DNA of 64,000 nucleotides from Candidatus Stahliibacteriota bacterium (GTDB lineage: Bacteria > Hydrothermota > Tepidihabitantia > B3-TA06): positions 640 through 64,639 of the forward strand of contig SOJW01000068.1 in assembly GCA_004375895.1 (NCBI GenBank), written 5' to 3'. The position numbers and the translations under genes are program-made. Under the pieces are notes generated by a model. That model was not told where the DNA came from. It searched no databases and saw nothing but the letters and a program-made list of their open reading frames with translations. This document shows, in pieces, positions 28,666-38,144 of the stretch. The first letter of the stretch is position 1. Each line of letters opens with the position of its first letter.

Positions 28666-28941
28666 TCATTTTATCCTTTGTTTTATGCGATGCACCTCAC
28701 GATTGATCATCCTCTCGCGAAACTTGCCAAACACGAATACACTCAAGGCATGCACAATCACTCCAACCCCCCAGCCCCCAAGCGGGATAAGAAACCAAGG
28801 GAATCCTTTCCCATGATCTGAGATAAAATACCACGCCAGAAACAGCCCCGCGTTGACAACAAGATATGTCACAAGGTGGGTAAAAAAACCCATTCGCCTC
28901 TCTACCCTCTCCTCTGCCCTACGATGGATATCTTGTTCCAT
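28666..28941 (-). CDS. 2TM-domain protein
   Basis: GFFTHLVTYLVVN...WFLIPLGGWGVGVIVH. Confidence 0.8.
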   Translation of the reverse strand: MEQDIHRRAEERVERRMGFFTHLVTYLVVNAGLFLAWYFISDHGKGFPWFLIPLGGWGVGVIVHALSVFVFGKFRERMINREVHRIKQRIK

Positions 28942-29471
28942 TCTTCATTGCTCCTTTACCGCTGAATCATGCACAATACACACAAAAGGCCAATTGTCAA
29001 GCTGACGATCTTCCTCAAAAATAATCCGCCCGAACGATATCGGTTTACTCAGAATTAACTATCTGAAATTGAAGCCTCTTCCAGAAACATGCATCATCCT
29101 TAAGCTATCCTATGACAGCAACCATACCAAAAGCTAGTATCACTATCTTGATGGACAAGACGAAGGTGACCTCTGAGAACGCAAACAAATACAGGCGTGT
29201 CAGAACGTTTGCTCAGGGTGCCTGAAGAGCTCGACTTCTTCGGACTCCTAAAGTCTATGGCAGACCATAGAAAGAAACTTGACCTCGCCTATAACAACGA
29301 ATATCATCTTAAGGAGGCAGTATGAAATCCCCCCCTCCTTTCGGGAAGATTTATTTCTGAGGAAAGACGGCCTATAGTCTGTGCGCCAAGTGATCAATGT
29401 TAGGCCGCATGTCCCTACCTGCAAAACTTATAGCTATTGACAGTCTCTAACAAAGGGATATAATCCTACTC

Positions 29472-31352
29472 ATGCAGCTACTCCTACTACTTTCCCTTAT
29501 AACGTTACCGGTAGGTGAGGCAAGGGTCAACGGGCTTGCCGATGCTGGTGTAACCATTGCCGATCAACCCCTGGCTCTTTACGTTAACCCGGCCCTTCTA
29601 ACCAGCACTAACGACAGTAAGTTTCTCTTTAACCCTGTCGGCTTCAGGTTCGAACCGCCTGAGAACAGACCTGATGATATCAATGCTGTTCTACCTCGGG
29701 TGTTTGGCTCCTATACCAGCGTAGGATTCATCGGCTACTCCCAGCCTTTTGGAGATTTCGGCGCAGGCCTGGCCGGTTTTCAGGATGAGGCCCGAGCACG
29801 CGGCCTCCTCCTGGGAGCGGCTTACCGATGGAGATTCCTGCAGACCGGGGCCAGCCTGGGGATTCGATATCTGGACTACGACCCTGGCCATGATGAAAGC
29901 CGTCTCAAATCGACCTTTGCTCTGGGCATATCCATACCGGATATAAAGTTTGAAGACGTCCCAGGCGAGATCTCGGTTGCCGCAGCTGCCCGTAAGATAG
30001 AGTGGCCCGCCATTCAAGTTGGTCTGGATTACAACATAGCGTTCTTCCGCTTTCTTGTCAACTTCAATCTTCGCGAGCCGTTCCATGAAGAAGGCAGGCA
30101 GGGAACCGTTCACCTCGCCGGCCTCTTCGCCTTCAAGGATCTTCTGGGGATTCCCCTCGAGTTCGGTGGCGGCTGGGCAAGCGATAATCGTTTCGGGGTG
30201 CTGACAGCCGTGGACCTGACCCTTTGTAAAATCAATCTCAGCTATTCGCAGATACCTACATCCAGCATCCAGCCCAACGGAATAATTGCATTTTCGTTTC
30301 TGTTCAACATCGCCTCCACCAAAGAGGTTGAAGAGCGACTGGCCTCCATAGAGAGCGAAAAGCGGGCGAAGAACAGGATAACCAGCAAGACCTACACAAC
30401 CCAGGGGATAGATTTCTACAACGACGGCGCCTTTGATGATGCTATTTATGCCTTTGACGTTGCCCTTATCTGGGACCCTGCCAACGATGAGGCGCTAAAC
30501 TGGCTCCAGCGCGTTAAGGAAGAGAAGAGCGCCTCCGAGCTGCGCGCGCTGATTGCCGCAGCAAACGCGGCTATGCGAACAGCCGACTATCTCGAAGCGA
30601 TGAGCAAGGCGGAAGCCGCTTTAGAGATTGACTCCACCTCAAACCAAGCCCGATCCCTCGCCGAAGAGGCGCAGCGCAAGTTCTCAGAATCCATCCTTGC
30701 TCAAACCTCATCGGTGCGCAACGCGGGAGAGATCAACGCACTATACCAGAAAGGGCTTGAGGAGTATGCAGCCGGCGAGTACAAGAATGCCGCCGAGACA
30801 TGGGAAAAGATAGAAAAGCTTCAACCCCGGTCCAGAACCGTCCAGACCTACAAGAAAAAGACCTCAGAGAAGCTCGGCCAACAGATTGCCGAAGGCATGA
30901 AGCAGATGGAAAGCCTTGAACGCAAGGGGAGGTGGCTGAAAGCCCTTAACCTTGCCAAACAACTAAAGGCTCTGGCGCCGTCCAATCGCGAGATCGCGGC
31001 CAAGATAACCCTCTATCAAGCTAAGATTGCCTCCTTGGCGTCCACCTATGAAACCCAGGGGATCGACTACTATAACCGCGGGTACTACGTTCAGGCGCAG
31101 AACTCGTTCTACGCCCTGCTCGCGGTTAACCCTGACAACGCCACCGCCAAAGATTACCTTACGCGCATCAAATCCAGGCTTCAAAAAAAGGACGCGGACG
31201 AGCTCTACCTGCAAGGTGTGCAGGCCTATACCAACAACAACTACGAACAGGCAGTCTACTACTGGGAGCAGGTGCTCGCTATCGATCCATCATACGCGAA
31301 CGCGACCCGCAACATCCAGCGCGCAAAGGAAAAGCTCGCAAAACTGAAGTAA
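29472..31352 (+). CDS. PorV/UPF0164-like beta-barrel fused to TPR repeats
   Basis: GEARVNGLADAGV...ALYVNPALL resembles family N-terminal motif; C-terminal TPRs; leaderless promoter TTGACA-16-TATAAT at 29437-29464. Confidence 0.7.
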   Translation: MQLLLLLSLITLPVGEARVNGLADAGVTIADQPLALYVNPALLTSTNDSKFLFNPVGFRFEPPENRPDDINAVLPRVFGSYTSVGFIGYSQPFGDFGAGLAGFQDEARARGLLLGAAYRWRFLQTGASLGIRYLDYDPGHDESRLKSTFALGISIPDIKFEDVPGEISVAAAARKIEWPAIQVGLDYNIAFFRFLVNFNLREPFHEEGRQGTVHLAGLFAFKDLLGIPLEFGGGWASDNRFGVLTAVDLTLCKINLSYSQIPTSSIQPNGIIAFSFLFNIASTKEVEERLASIESEKRAKNRITSKTYTTQGIDFYNDGAFDDAIYAFDVALIWDPANDEALNWLQRVKEEKSASELRALIAAANAAMRTADYLEAMSKAEAALEIDSTSNQARSLAEEAQRKFSESILAQTSSVRNAGEINALYQKGLEEYAAGEYKNAAETWEKIEKLQPRSRTVQTYKKKTSEKLGQQIAEGMKQMESLERKGRWLKALNLAKQLKALAPSNREIAAKITLYQAKIASLASTYETQGIDYYNRGYYVQAQNSFYALLAVNPDNATAKDYLTRIKSRLQKKDADELYLQGVQAYTNNNYEQAVYYWEQVLAIDPSYANATRNIQRAKEKLAKLK

Positions 31353-31573
31353 AAAGATTCCATAGAGATCCGAACCCAATCGATAATCAGGGTATCATTA
31401 TCTTCTGACAAAGCAAAGACAGAATACTTAGCTGAAGCTTAGGCTTCGCCTCCTTCCTTTACTACAAAGTCCCCCCGCAATGAAAGAGGTTATCGCAGCA
31501 GCATGAACTAGTCTATTTAAAGAAAGAGCCGGATACAACGTTGATGGAACCACTCTTTTTTTCTGTTCGGGGT

Positions 31574-31604
31574 CCCCGCGCGAATGCAACGCATTAGCGT
31601 GGGG
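31574..31604 (-). terminator. Hairpin at end of hydrogenase operon
   Basis: CCCCGCGC-GAATGC-AAC-GCATT-AGCGTGGGG just past stop at 31610. Confidence 0.45.
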
Positions 31605-31609
31605 TTTAC

Positions 31610-32215
31610 TTAATATCCCCAGAGCTCGTTAAGGATCACCTTGCGCCGGCAAGCAGGGCACAAAAGCCGCTGGTGGTCACTGCGGTAAGGCTCGGCATCA
31701 CCACGCTCAGGCTTCATCTCAACCGTATCCAAACTGCTCTGACGCGCCAGAACCAGGGTAGGGTTGGCATAGGCAAGCTCCCCCAGGCGTCGGGCGATCC
31801 ACTCCAGATGCTCACGGGTAGTTATCACCCCACCGCAGCGCTCGCAGAACAAAAGTTCCTTTTCGATCTCATCCCGGTATTGCTCCTTGTCAAGATAGGT
31901 CATATCGTAGTCCACGGTGTGGCGAATAGCCTCTGTCGGGCAATATGTAACGCACTGACCGCAGAAGATGCACATATCCTTTAGATAGACCACGTGCCTG
32001 ATGCCTTTCTCAAGATCATCCTCAAGCTCACGCGCCCTGGCAGGACAAACCTCAACGCATGCCCCGCAACCGATACATTTCTCCTCATCGAAAACGATAA
32101 CGCCGCGGAACCGAGGCGGAGGCAGGGTTGCCCTTTTGGGAAATTTAGTGGTGTAAGGAGCGGAGAAGAGAGATCGCAGCGCCTCACCCAGTTCTCGAAT
32201 CTTAGGCCACTTCAT
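31610..32215 (-). CDS. NuoI/MbhN-like 2x[4Fe-4S] subunit
   Basis: PYTTKFP, CIGCGACVEVCP, CIFCGQCVTYCP, plus CERC/CPAC; start ATG 32215. Confidence 0.9.
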   Translation of the reverse strand: MKWPKIRELGEALRSLFSAPYTTKFPKRATLPPPRFRGVIVFDEEKCIGCGACVEVCPARARELEDDLEKGIRHVVYLKDMCIFCGQCVTYCPTEAIRHTVDYDMTYLDKEQYRDEIEKELLFCERCGGVITTREHLEWIARRLGELAYANPTLVLARQSSLDTVEMKPERGDAEPYRSDHQRLLCPACRRKVILNELWGY

Positions 32216-32612
32216 CGTCCTTCTCCTTACTCTCTTTGGCTTCGCCTTCCTCGCTTTCGATCTGCGGCCCTCCCAGTTTATCCTTGCCGTAGGAATCAAT
32301 CACGGTTCCCTTCCACATCTTTGCTCCAAAGCGCAAGGAACCACGGGAAAGGGCGTGTGCCGAAACGGGTGCGGTCAACAGCAAAAAAACGCCGCAGATG
32401 AGCGCCTTGATACCCAAAGGGGTAAAGCCTGCAACGATCAGGATACCGATCATGATCCCGAAGGTGCCCAGGGTAACGCTCTTTGTTGCCGACTGCAGGC
32501 GGTTGTAAACATCCGGGAACCGGACAAGACCGATGGCACCAAGAAGGTCAAAAACCACACCCACAAAGATCACGATGTATCCGATTATATCAACTACAGT
32601 TACCTCAGTCAT
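32202..32612 (-). CDS. MrpG/MbhC antiporter subunit
   Basis: GAIGLVRFPDVYNRLQSATK, TAPVSAHAL. Confidence 0.9.
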   Translation of the reverse strand: MTEVTVVDIIGYIVIFVGVVFDLLGAIGLVRFPDVYNRLQSATKSVTLGTFGIMIGILIVAGFTPLGIKALICGVFLLLTAPVSAHALSRGSLRFGAKMWKGTVIDSYGKDKLGGPQIESEEGEAKESKEKDDEVA

Positions 32613-32871
32613 CAAGCGTCCTCCGCTCAAGGTACTTGGCCAGGGCAAGCGTCCCGACAAAACTAATCAAGGCAAGGGCAATCGCGATATCCACCAGGAA
32701 TGAAAGATTGTAAAGTATACCGGTAATCGCCGTTATCCCGACGAAGAGTATGCCCATGATGTCAACCCCAACCATGCGGTCGGCAATCGTGGGCCCGCGG
32801 AAGATGCGGAAAAGGCACAGGAAAGACGCAACCCCAAGGATAATGAGAATAACAATCCAGAGAACACTCAT
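32605..32871 (-). CDS. MrpF/MbhB antiporter subunit
   Basis: RIFRGPTIADRMVGVD, SFVGTLALAKYL. Confidence 0.9.
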   Translation of the reverse strand: MSVLWIVILIILGVASFLCLFRIFRGPTIADRMVGVDIMGILFVGITAITGILYNLSFLVDIAIALALISFVGTLALAKYLERRTLDD

Positions 32872-33362
32872 TCGAAGATCCTCCTCAAGTACTTCTCGAA
32901 CTTCGCCACTATTGCCTTTGTGTTGGCTTCGACATCCTCCCCATCGTCCAGTACATCGATCCAATGAACGTAAAGGACATCTTCATCCACGTCAACGGTC
33001 ATGGTTCCAGGGGTAAGGGTGATGGAGTTGGCAAGAAACGCCTTGGCCACGTCTGTCTTGAGCACGGTTTTCACCTTCACGATTCCGGGTTTTACAGGAC
33101 AGGCAGGATGAAGCACGCGGAACGCAACGTCAAGATTGGCCACCAGCATGTGCCAGAAGAATACAGGTATATAGATGATGCCCCAGAACCAGCGACGAGG
33201 GTTGAGGAATGAAAGGGGCCGATGGGTAAACTCTGCACCGAAGAAGATAGCCACAAGAAGCGCCAACACCGCTCCAACAACATAGACCGGCCAATCGCCT
33301 CCTGGCAAGGTCAAGAGCAGCCACAATCCATAGCTGAGGACAAACAAAACCACTCGCCGCAT
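32868..33362 (-). CDS. MrpE/MbhA antiporter subunit
   Basis: ANLDVAFRVL, KPGIVKV, LANSITLTPGT, LYVHWID. Confidence 0.92.
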   Translation of the reverse strand: MRRVVLFVLSYGLWLLLTLPGGDWPVYVVGAVLALLVAIFFGAEFTHRPLSFLNPRRWFWGIIYIPVFFWHMLVANLDVAFRVLHPACPVKPGIVKVKTVLKTDVAKAFLANSITLTPGTMTVDVDEDVLYVHWIDVLDDGEDVEANTKAIVAKFEKYLRRIFE

Positions 33363-33363
33363 G

Positions 33364-34872
33364 CTAACCCCCCGTCCCTATCCTGAACACAATATCAGCA
33401 TACTCGGTCCCCTTGAGCAGAACATCGGCCGCAGGCTGCAAAAGGTGGGGTTTGAGCCAGAAGAAGAACGCGCCGCCTGCCACCAACAGAACAACAAGAC
33501 AGACCATGGCGAAGACCATAACGAACGGGGATTCCTTTATCCCCTTTATACCCTCCTTGCCCCAGAATACCTTGTTGGTGATCTTCAAGAGATAGCCCAG
33601 GGTAACCACAGCAAAGAGCCCGGCTACGACGGCAGGGACGATGAACCCCGCTTTTACCGCACCCAGGATAATAAACAGCTTGGAGAAGAAGCCCAGGAAA
33701 GGAGGCATGCCGGCAACAGAAAGAGCGCCCAGGTTATAGGAAAGCGAGGTCCAGGGCATCTGCTTGCCCAGCCCACCGGTAAACTTGGTTATGTCGCGTT
33801 CTCCAACACGGTAGACGACAGAACCTGAGGTGAGAAACAGAAGCCCCTTACCGAGCGAGTGGCTCAGGATATGCGCAAACGCACCTATAAGTGCAAACTC
33901 GTTGCCTATACCCAACGCAAGCACAATGTAGCCGATCTGACTGATGCTTGAGTAGGCCAGAAGCCGCTTGTAATCCTTCTGAGGGAGTGCAAGTAGGCCT
34001 CCCACCACGATCGAGACAAGTCCGAGGATTAGAAGTGCATTAAAGACCTCTGGGGAGCTGGCTCGAGAGAAGCCGTATACGTTGAAGAGAATCCGCGCCA
34101 TAGCATAAACCCCCAGCGCCTTGGTAAAGACACCTGAAAGCACGGCGGTAACAGGAGCAGGAGCCGAGGGGTAGGCATCGGGTAACCAGAAGTGGAAGGG
34201 AACAAGGCCCGCCTTAAGCGAAAAACCGAACATCAAGAGAATAACCACGAAGTAAAAGCCCGGGGTCTTATCCATAGTAGCGAACGCGCGGGAAAGATCG
34301 GCAAGATTGAGGGTAGAGGTAGCGGCGTAGATTAATGCGATCGCCAGAAGGATCATCAGACTTGCTATCTCCCCCATCACCATGTACTTGAATCCGGCCT
34401 CCAGCTCCTTAGGCTTGGTCCCGAAGGCCACGAGCGCGTAGGCAGCGAGACCCGCGATCTCCATAAACACAAACATATTGAAAAGATCGCCGGTCATCAC
34501 CACCCCGTTCATCCCGACGAGCATCAAAAGATACAGGGTGTAGAACTTCCCCGCCCCGGTGAACTGATCCATGTATCGGATAGCGAAGAGATAGGAAAAG
34601 AACGCCAGGATAGAGACAATCAGAAGCATGAGGGAAGAGAGCTTATCAACCGCAAACGCGATCCCCAAAGGAACCGGCCAGTTGCCAAACAGGTAAACCA
34701 AGGGCTTCCCAGGCACAAGGAAGAAGGCGAGATAGATACTCAAAGCCAGAACGGTCGCTAGGCAAAGCCCGGCGACGATCTCTGCCAAACGCCTCCAGGC
34801 CTTGTAAAGAATGGGCACAAGGAAGGCTCCACCCAGGGGGATTGCAATCAAAAGAACCGGAAATGTCTCCAT
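33364..34872 (-). CDS. MrpD/MbhH-like antiporter subunit
   Basis: GDLFNMFVFMEI, KAGLVPFHFWLPDAY, KRLLAYSSISQIG, GMPPFLGFFSK. Confidence 0.9.
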   Translation of the reverse strand: METFPVLLIAIPLGGAFLVPILYKAWRRLAEIVAGLCLATVLALSIYLAFFLVPGKPLVYLFGNWPVPLGIAFAVDKLSSLMLLIVSILAFFSYLFAIRYMDQFTGAGKFYTLYLLMLVGMNGVVMTGDLFNMFVFMEIAGLAAYALVAFGTKPKELEAGFKYMVMGEIASLMILLAIALIYAATSTLNLADLSRAFATMDKTPGFYFVVILLMFGFSLKAGLVPFHFWLPDAYPSAPAPVTAVLSGVFTKALGVYAMARILFNVYGFSRASSPEVFNALLILGLVSIVVGGLLALPQKDYKRLLAYSSISQIGYIVLALGIGNEFALIGAFAHILSHSLGKGLLFLTSGSVVYRVGERDITKFTGGLGKQMPWTSLSYNLGALSVAGMPPFLGFFSKLFIILGAVKAGFIVPAVVAGLFAVVTLGYLLKITNKVFWGKEGIKGIKESPFVMVFAMVCLVVLLVAGGAFFFWLKPHLLQPAADVLLKGTEYADIVFRIGTGG

Positions 34873-34878
34873 AGCCAG

Positions 34879-35217
34879 CTATCCTTTCAGCCTCTGGATC
34901 TCTTCGAGATCAAAGGAACCGATGCGGTTGTAGATCCGCAATATCAACGAGAGCATGAAAGCAGTAACGCCAAGACCGATCACTATAGCGGTAAGCACCA
35001 GGGCTTGAGGCAAGGGATCGGAGTAAACCTTACCTACCTCAACCGCCTGGAGTATGGGCGGTACGGCGCCGGGGCGAAATCCCACAATAGCAAACAGAAA
35101 GTTTACCGAGTACTCCATAAGCGAAAACCCCACCGCTATCTTTATCATGTTGCGCTTGGTGATTATGGCATAAAGCCCAACAAGGAACAGAATCAATGAA
35201 GCAACCAGGATAATCAC
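34879..35217 (-). CDS. MrpC/MbhG subunit; start at GTG 35217
   Basis: KRNMIKIAVG, DPLPQALVLTAIVIG. Confidence 0.9.
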   Translation of the reverse strand: MIILVASLILFLVGLYAIITKRNMIKIAVGFSLMEYSVNFLFAIVGFRPGAVPPILQAVEVGKVYSDPLPQALVLTAIVIGLGVTAFMLSLILRIYNRIGSFDLEEIQRLKG

Positions 35218-35221
35218 CGCA

Positions 35222-35659
35222 TCACTCCTTGAATATGTATTTGGTTGACGCCAGCACAAGGAAGATGGAAAGTATAGCCGCCGCTACCTTGATGCCGATC
35301 GCAATGTTAGAGAAGGGAATGGAACCGGCAGAGACAAGCCTTCCTTGTGTACCGAAGGAAGGAAAGAGATTTATAAAGAAGTACCCGCCGACAAAGAGCC
35401 CAAGCAAACCAACGAGAAGGAAGAGAAGTCCACCGGTGCTTTCGAAGATGGACGAGGAGATCGAGGCGCTCTTCTCCTGCTTTGCGGTTGTGCCGAATGC
35501 AAGCCGTGAAAGTATAAGGCCTGCAGCTATAATCGCCCCGCCTGCGAACCCGCCGCCGGGCGAGAGATGCCCGTAGAGTACGATGTAGCAGCCGTAAAGG
35601 AAGATGAATCCTCCAACGAGGCGGACTACCACCTTGACAATCGGGGTCATTCCACTCAT
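35222..35659 (-). CDS. MnhB/MbhF domain subunit
   Basis: GHLSPGGGFAGG, NIAIGIKV. Confidence 0.9.
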   Translation of the reverse strand: MSGMTPIVKVVVRLVGGFIFLYGCYIVLYGHLSPGGGFAGGAIIAAGLILSRLAFGTTAKQEKSASISSSIFESTGGLLFLLVGLLGLFVGGYFFINLFPSFGTQGRLVSAGSIPFSNIAIGIKVAAAILSIFLVLASTKYIFKE

Positions 35660-36189
35660 TTCCTTCTCCCTTCAAGCCTGAGAACTGCAAGGACTCCAAT
35701 CACGGCGGTAAAGAGAACCGTTGTCTCGCCCAGGGTATCCAACGCCCGGTAGTCGAGCACCACCGAGGTTACCCGATTCACTGCCCCGGTCTCTGCCAGA
35801 CCCTGCGTTAGATAGTGACTTGCAACCTGACCGAGCTCCCGACTCATAGGGGCAAGACCTGCAAACAGCCTGATACCGAAGTAGACAAAGGCCAGCGCAA
35901 ACACCCCGAATACCACAAAGGTAAAGATGTCAGCCGGCTTATAAGGCCGTCCTGCTGCAGAATCCACGTGCGTGGTCTTAAGGATCACGGCGACAAAGAA
36001 GACCACCGAGAGGACCTCGATCACGATCTGAACTATGGCCAGATCGGGCGCTGCAAGCATTATGAACCCAATGGCTACAGCGAACCCCACCGCACCTAAC
36101 GCTATCACCGAAGCCAGGAGGTCCTTGATCTCGACGGCCACAATTCCAGCCGCTATCATAAAGATCAACAAAACGATAAGATCAAGCAC
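35656..36189 (-). CDS. DUF4040 + MnhB N-terminal (MbhD/E-like) subunit
   Basis: APDLAIVQ, AVNRVTSVVLDYRALDTLGETTVL. Confidence 0.88.
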   Translation of the reverse strand: MLDLIVLLIFMIAAGIVAVEIKDLLASVIALGAVGFAVAIGFIMLAAPDLAIVQIVIEVLSVVFFVAVILKTTHVDSAAGRPYKPADIFTFVVFGVFALAFVYFGIRLFAGLAPMSRELGQVASHYLTQGLAETGAVNRVTSVVLDYRALDTLGETTVLFTAVIGVLAVLRLEGRRK

Positions 36190-38143
36190 CGCCGCCTCCT
36201 CGAATCAGGAACAGGATCAAGATCAAGATCCCCAATAATATCCAGCCCAGGTAAAACGTCAACCGCCCGGTTTGCCACCGGCTCAAGCCCTTACCGGCCA
36301 GATTGAAAAAGTACATTATGAACCGTGTGAGTGCGTTGAGAGAGTCGTCTATCAGCCCTTTCACGGCCTTCCCTAAGGCTCGGGCAACGCTTTCTATATA
36401 GTGGAAGGGGTCGAAGGAACCTCCTTCTGCAAAGCGGTAGAACTCTCCAAAGATCTTGACCTCTTTGATAGATGAGTAGAAGTGCGTACCGGAGAAGTGC
36501 ATCTCCTCCTCGGTCAACTCCTCGGCACCCAAGAAGACCTTACGCGGACGAGGCTTATAGCTGCCGCCGACAAGGTAGATAAGGAAACCAAGAGACATAA
36601 TAACGAGAATGATTGCTGCAAACGCAAGGGGGGAAAAGTGCCCTAAAGGAACTATGACCGAGGCCGAAAGTGCAGGAGACACAAGATACCGTAAAGGTAA
36701 GCGGAAAGCAAAGAGACCGAACGCGATGCAGGCCAAAGCCATCACCAGAGGCGGGAACCAGCCGGTGAAGGATACCTCTTTTACCCCTTCCAGCGGTTTT
36801 GGCCGCCTGCCGAGGAAGAGCGAATGGGTAAGCTTGAGGAAAGACGCAAGGGTCAGCACGCTACCGAACGCACCTGCAACCAGGAAGATAAGGAAGAAAG
36901 GCTGGGTTCGTCCCAGTTCAACAAACGACTGATAGACAAGCCACTTGGACACAAAACCGTTGAGCGGCGGCACGCCTGAGATGGCCATAGCCGCGATAAG
37001 GAAGGAGAAGAAGGTAACGGGCATAGCCCGTGCAAGTCCTCCCAGCTTCTCAAGATCGCTCTCCCCGGTCTGGCGTCTCACCGCTCCGCCGGTAAGAAAG
37101 AGGGCACTCTTGTAGATAGCGTGGTTCATCATGTGGAAAAATCCACCAGCGATTCCAATTACCGTACCTGAGGCTATACCCAGGATCATGTAGCCTACCT
37201 GGCTCACCGCGTGGTAGGAAAGAAGGCGCATGGCATCCTTCTGTACAATTGCCATAAACACCGCGGCAAGAACGGTAACCGCCCCTATTGTAAGGAAGAT
37301 AAGCTGCACCGTAAGGTTGGAACGGATGTCAAAGATGGAGTAGCAAAGACGGACAAACAGGTAGATACCCAACAGCTTATCCAGGCTGGCAGGAATGAAC
37401 GCCATTGTTTCTGCAGGAGCCGATTCCGCCGCTTTGGGTATCCAGGTATGCATCGGGAACGCCCCGGCCTTGGTTAAAGCAGCGGCAGCGATGCAAACAA
37501 AAGCAACAATAGCCAGAGGGTCTGTAAGCGCAAAACGCTCAGCCCTGACCCCAGGGAAGTAGGCAAGTTGACCCGGCTCTACTCCCTGCTGTTTGGTATA
37601 TATGATAAAAACAAGTACCCCGAACAGCAACAGGAAGTCGGCCACCCCGTTCAGAACGAACATCTTGCGTGCGGCCATCTCCACGTCTCCCCTGCCGTAG
37701 AACAGGAGTCCATACACAGTAAAAAGCAGAACCCCCCAGAAGAAGTAAAGAACAAGCACTGAGCTGGCCAAAAGCGCCCCGTTTGCCGCACCGTAGGTGA
37801 GAAGAGCGAAGGTAAAGAACTTCCAGTCATCCCGGGGCCCGCCACGGAAGCGGAAGCTGTAAAGGAATATAAGGAACGCGAATCCGGAAACAAGCAGTAA
37901 GATAACACCTGAAAGCCCATCAACTTGAAGACGGTTAGCAATCCCGAATACCTCGGGTAAAGGGATGGGCGAGGTTCCGGTTCCGCTAAGCCCATCCAAG
38001 AAGATCCGCAGAGCGAAATAACCGGTTCCAAGAGCCGCTGCTATGGCTATATAACGCCGAGCAGGACGAATCAAAAACGCCAGCAACGCCCCGACCAAAG
38101 GAATAAGAACGAGCAACGTCATCGGTTGAAACAGATACCGCAT
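36182..38143 (-). CDS. NuoL/MrpA/HyfB-like proton-translocating subunit (653 aa)
   Basis: KAGAFPMHTWIP, RLLSYHAVSQVG, HAIYKSALFL, GVPPLNGFVSKW. Confidence 0.88.
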   Translation of the reverse strand: MRYLFQPMTLLVLIPLVGALLAFLIRPARRYIAIAAALGTGYFALRIFLDGLSGTGTSPIPLPEVFGIANRLQVDGLSGVILLLVSGFAFLIFLYSFRFRGGPRDDWKFFTFALLTYGAANGALLASSVLVLYFFWGVLLFTVYGLLFYGRGDVEMAARKMFVLNGVADFLLLFGVLVFIIYTKQQGVEPGQLAYFPGVRAERFALTDPLAIVAFVCIAAAALTKAGAFPMHTWIPKAAESAPAETMAFIPASLDKLLGIYLFVRLCYSIFDIRSNLTVQLIFLTIGAVTVLAAVFMAIVQKDAMRLLSYHAVSQVGYMILGIASGTVIGIAGGFFHMMNHAIYKSALFLTGGAVRRQTGESDLEKLGGLARAMPVTFFSFLIAAMAISGVPPLNGFVSKWLVYQSFVELGRTQPFFLIFLVAGAFGSVLTLASFLKLTHSLFLGRRPKPLEGVKEVSFTGWFPPLVMALACIAFGLFAFRLPLRYLVSPALSASVIVPLGHFSPLAFAAIILVIMSLGFLIYLVGGSYKPRPRKVFLGAEELTEEEMHFSGTHFYSSIKEVKIFGEFYRFAEGGSFDPFHYIESVARALGKAVKGLIDDSLNALTRFIMYFFNLAGKGLSRWQTGRLTFYLGWILLGILILILFLIRGGGGA

Positions 38144-38144
38144 C

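Noticed and set aside
29001-29436. tmRNA, RNase P, 6S or SRP RNA in the large intergenic gap
   Set aside because: No recognisable conserved motifs; an Rfam scan would be needed.
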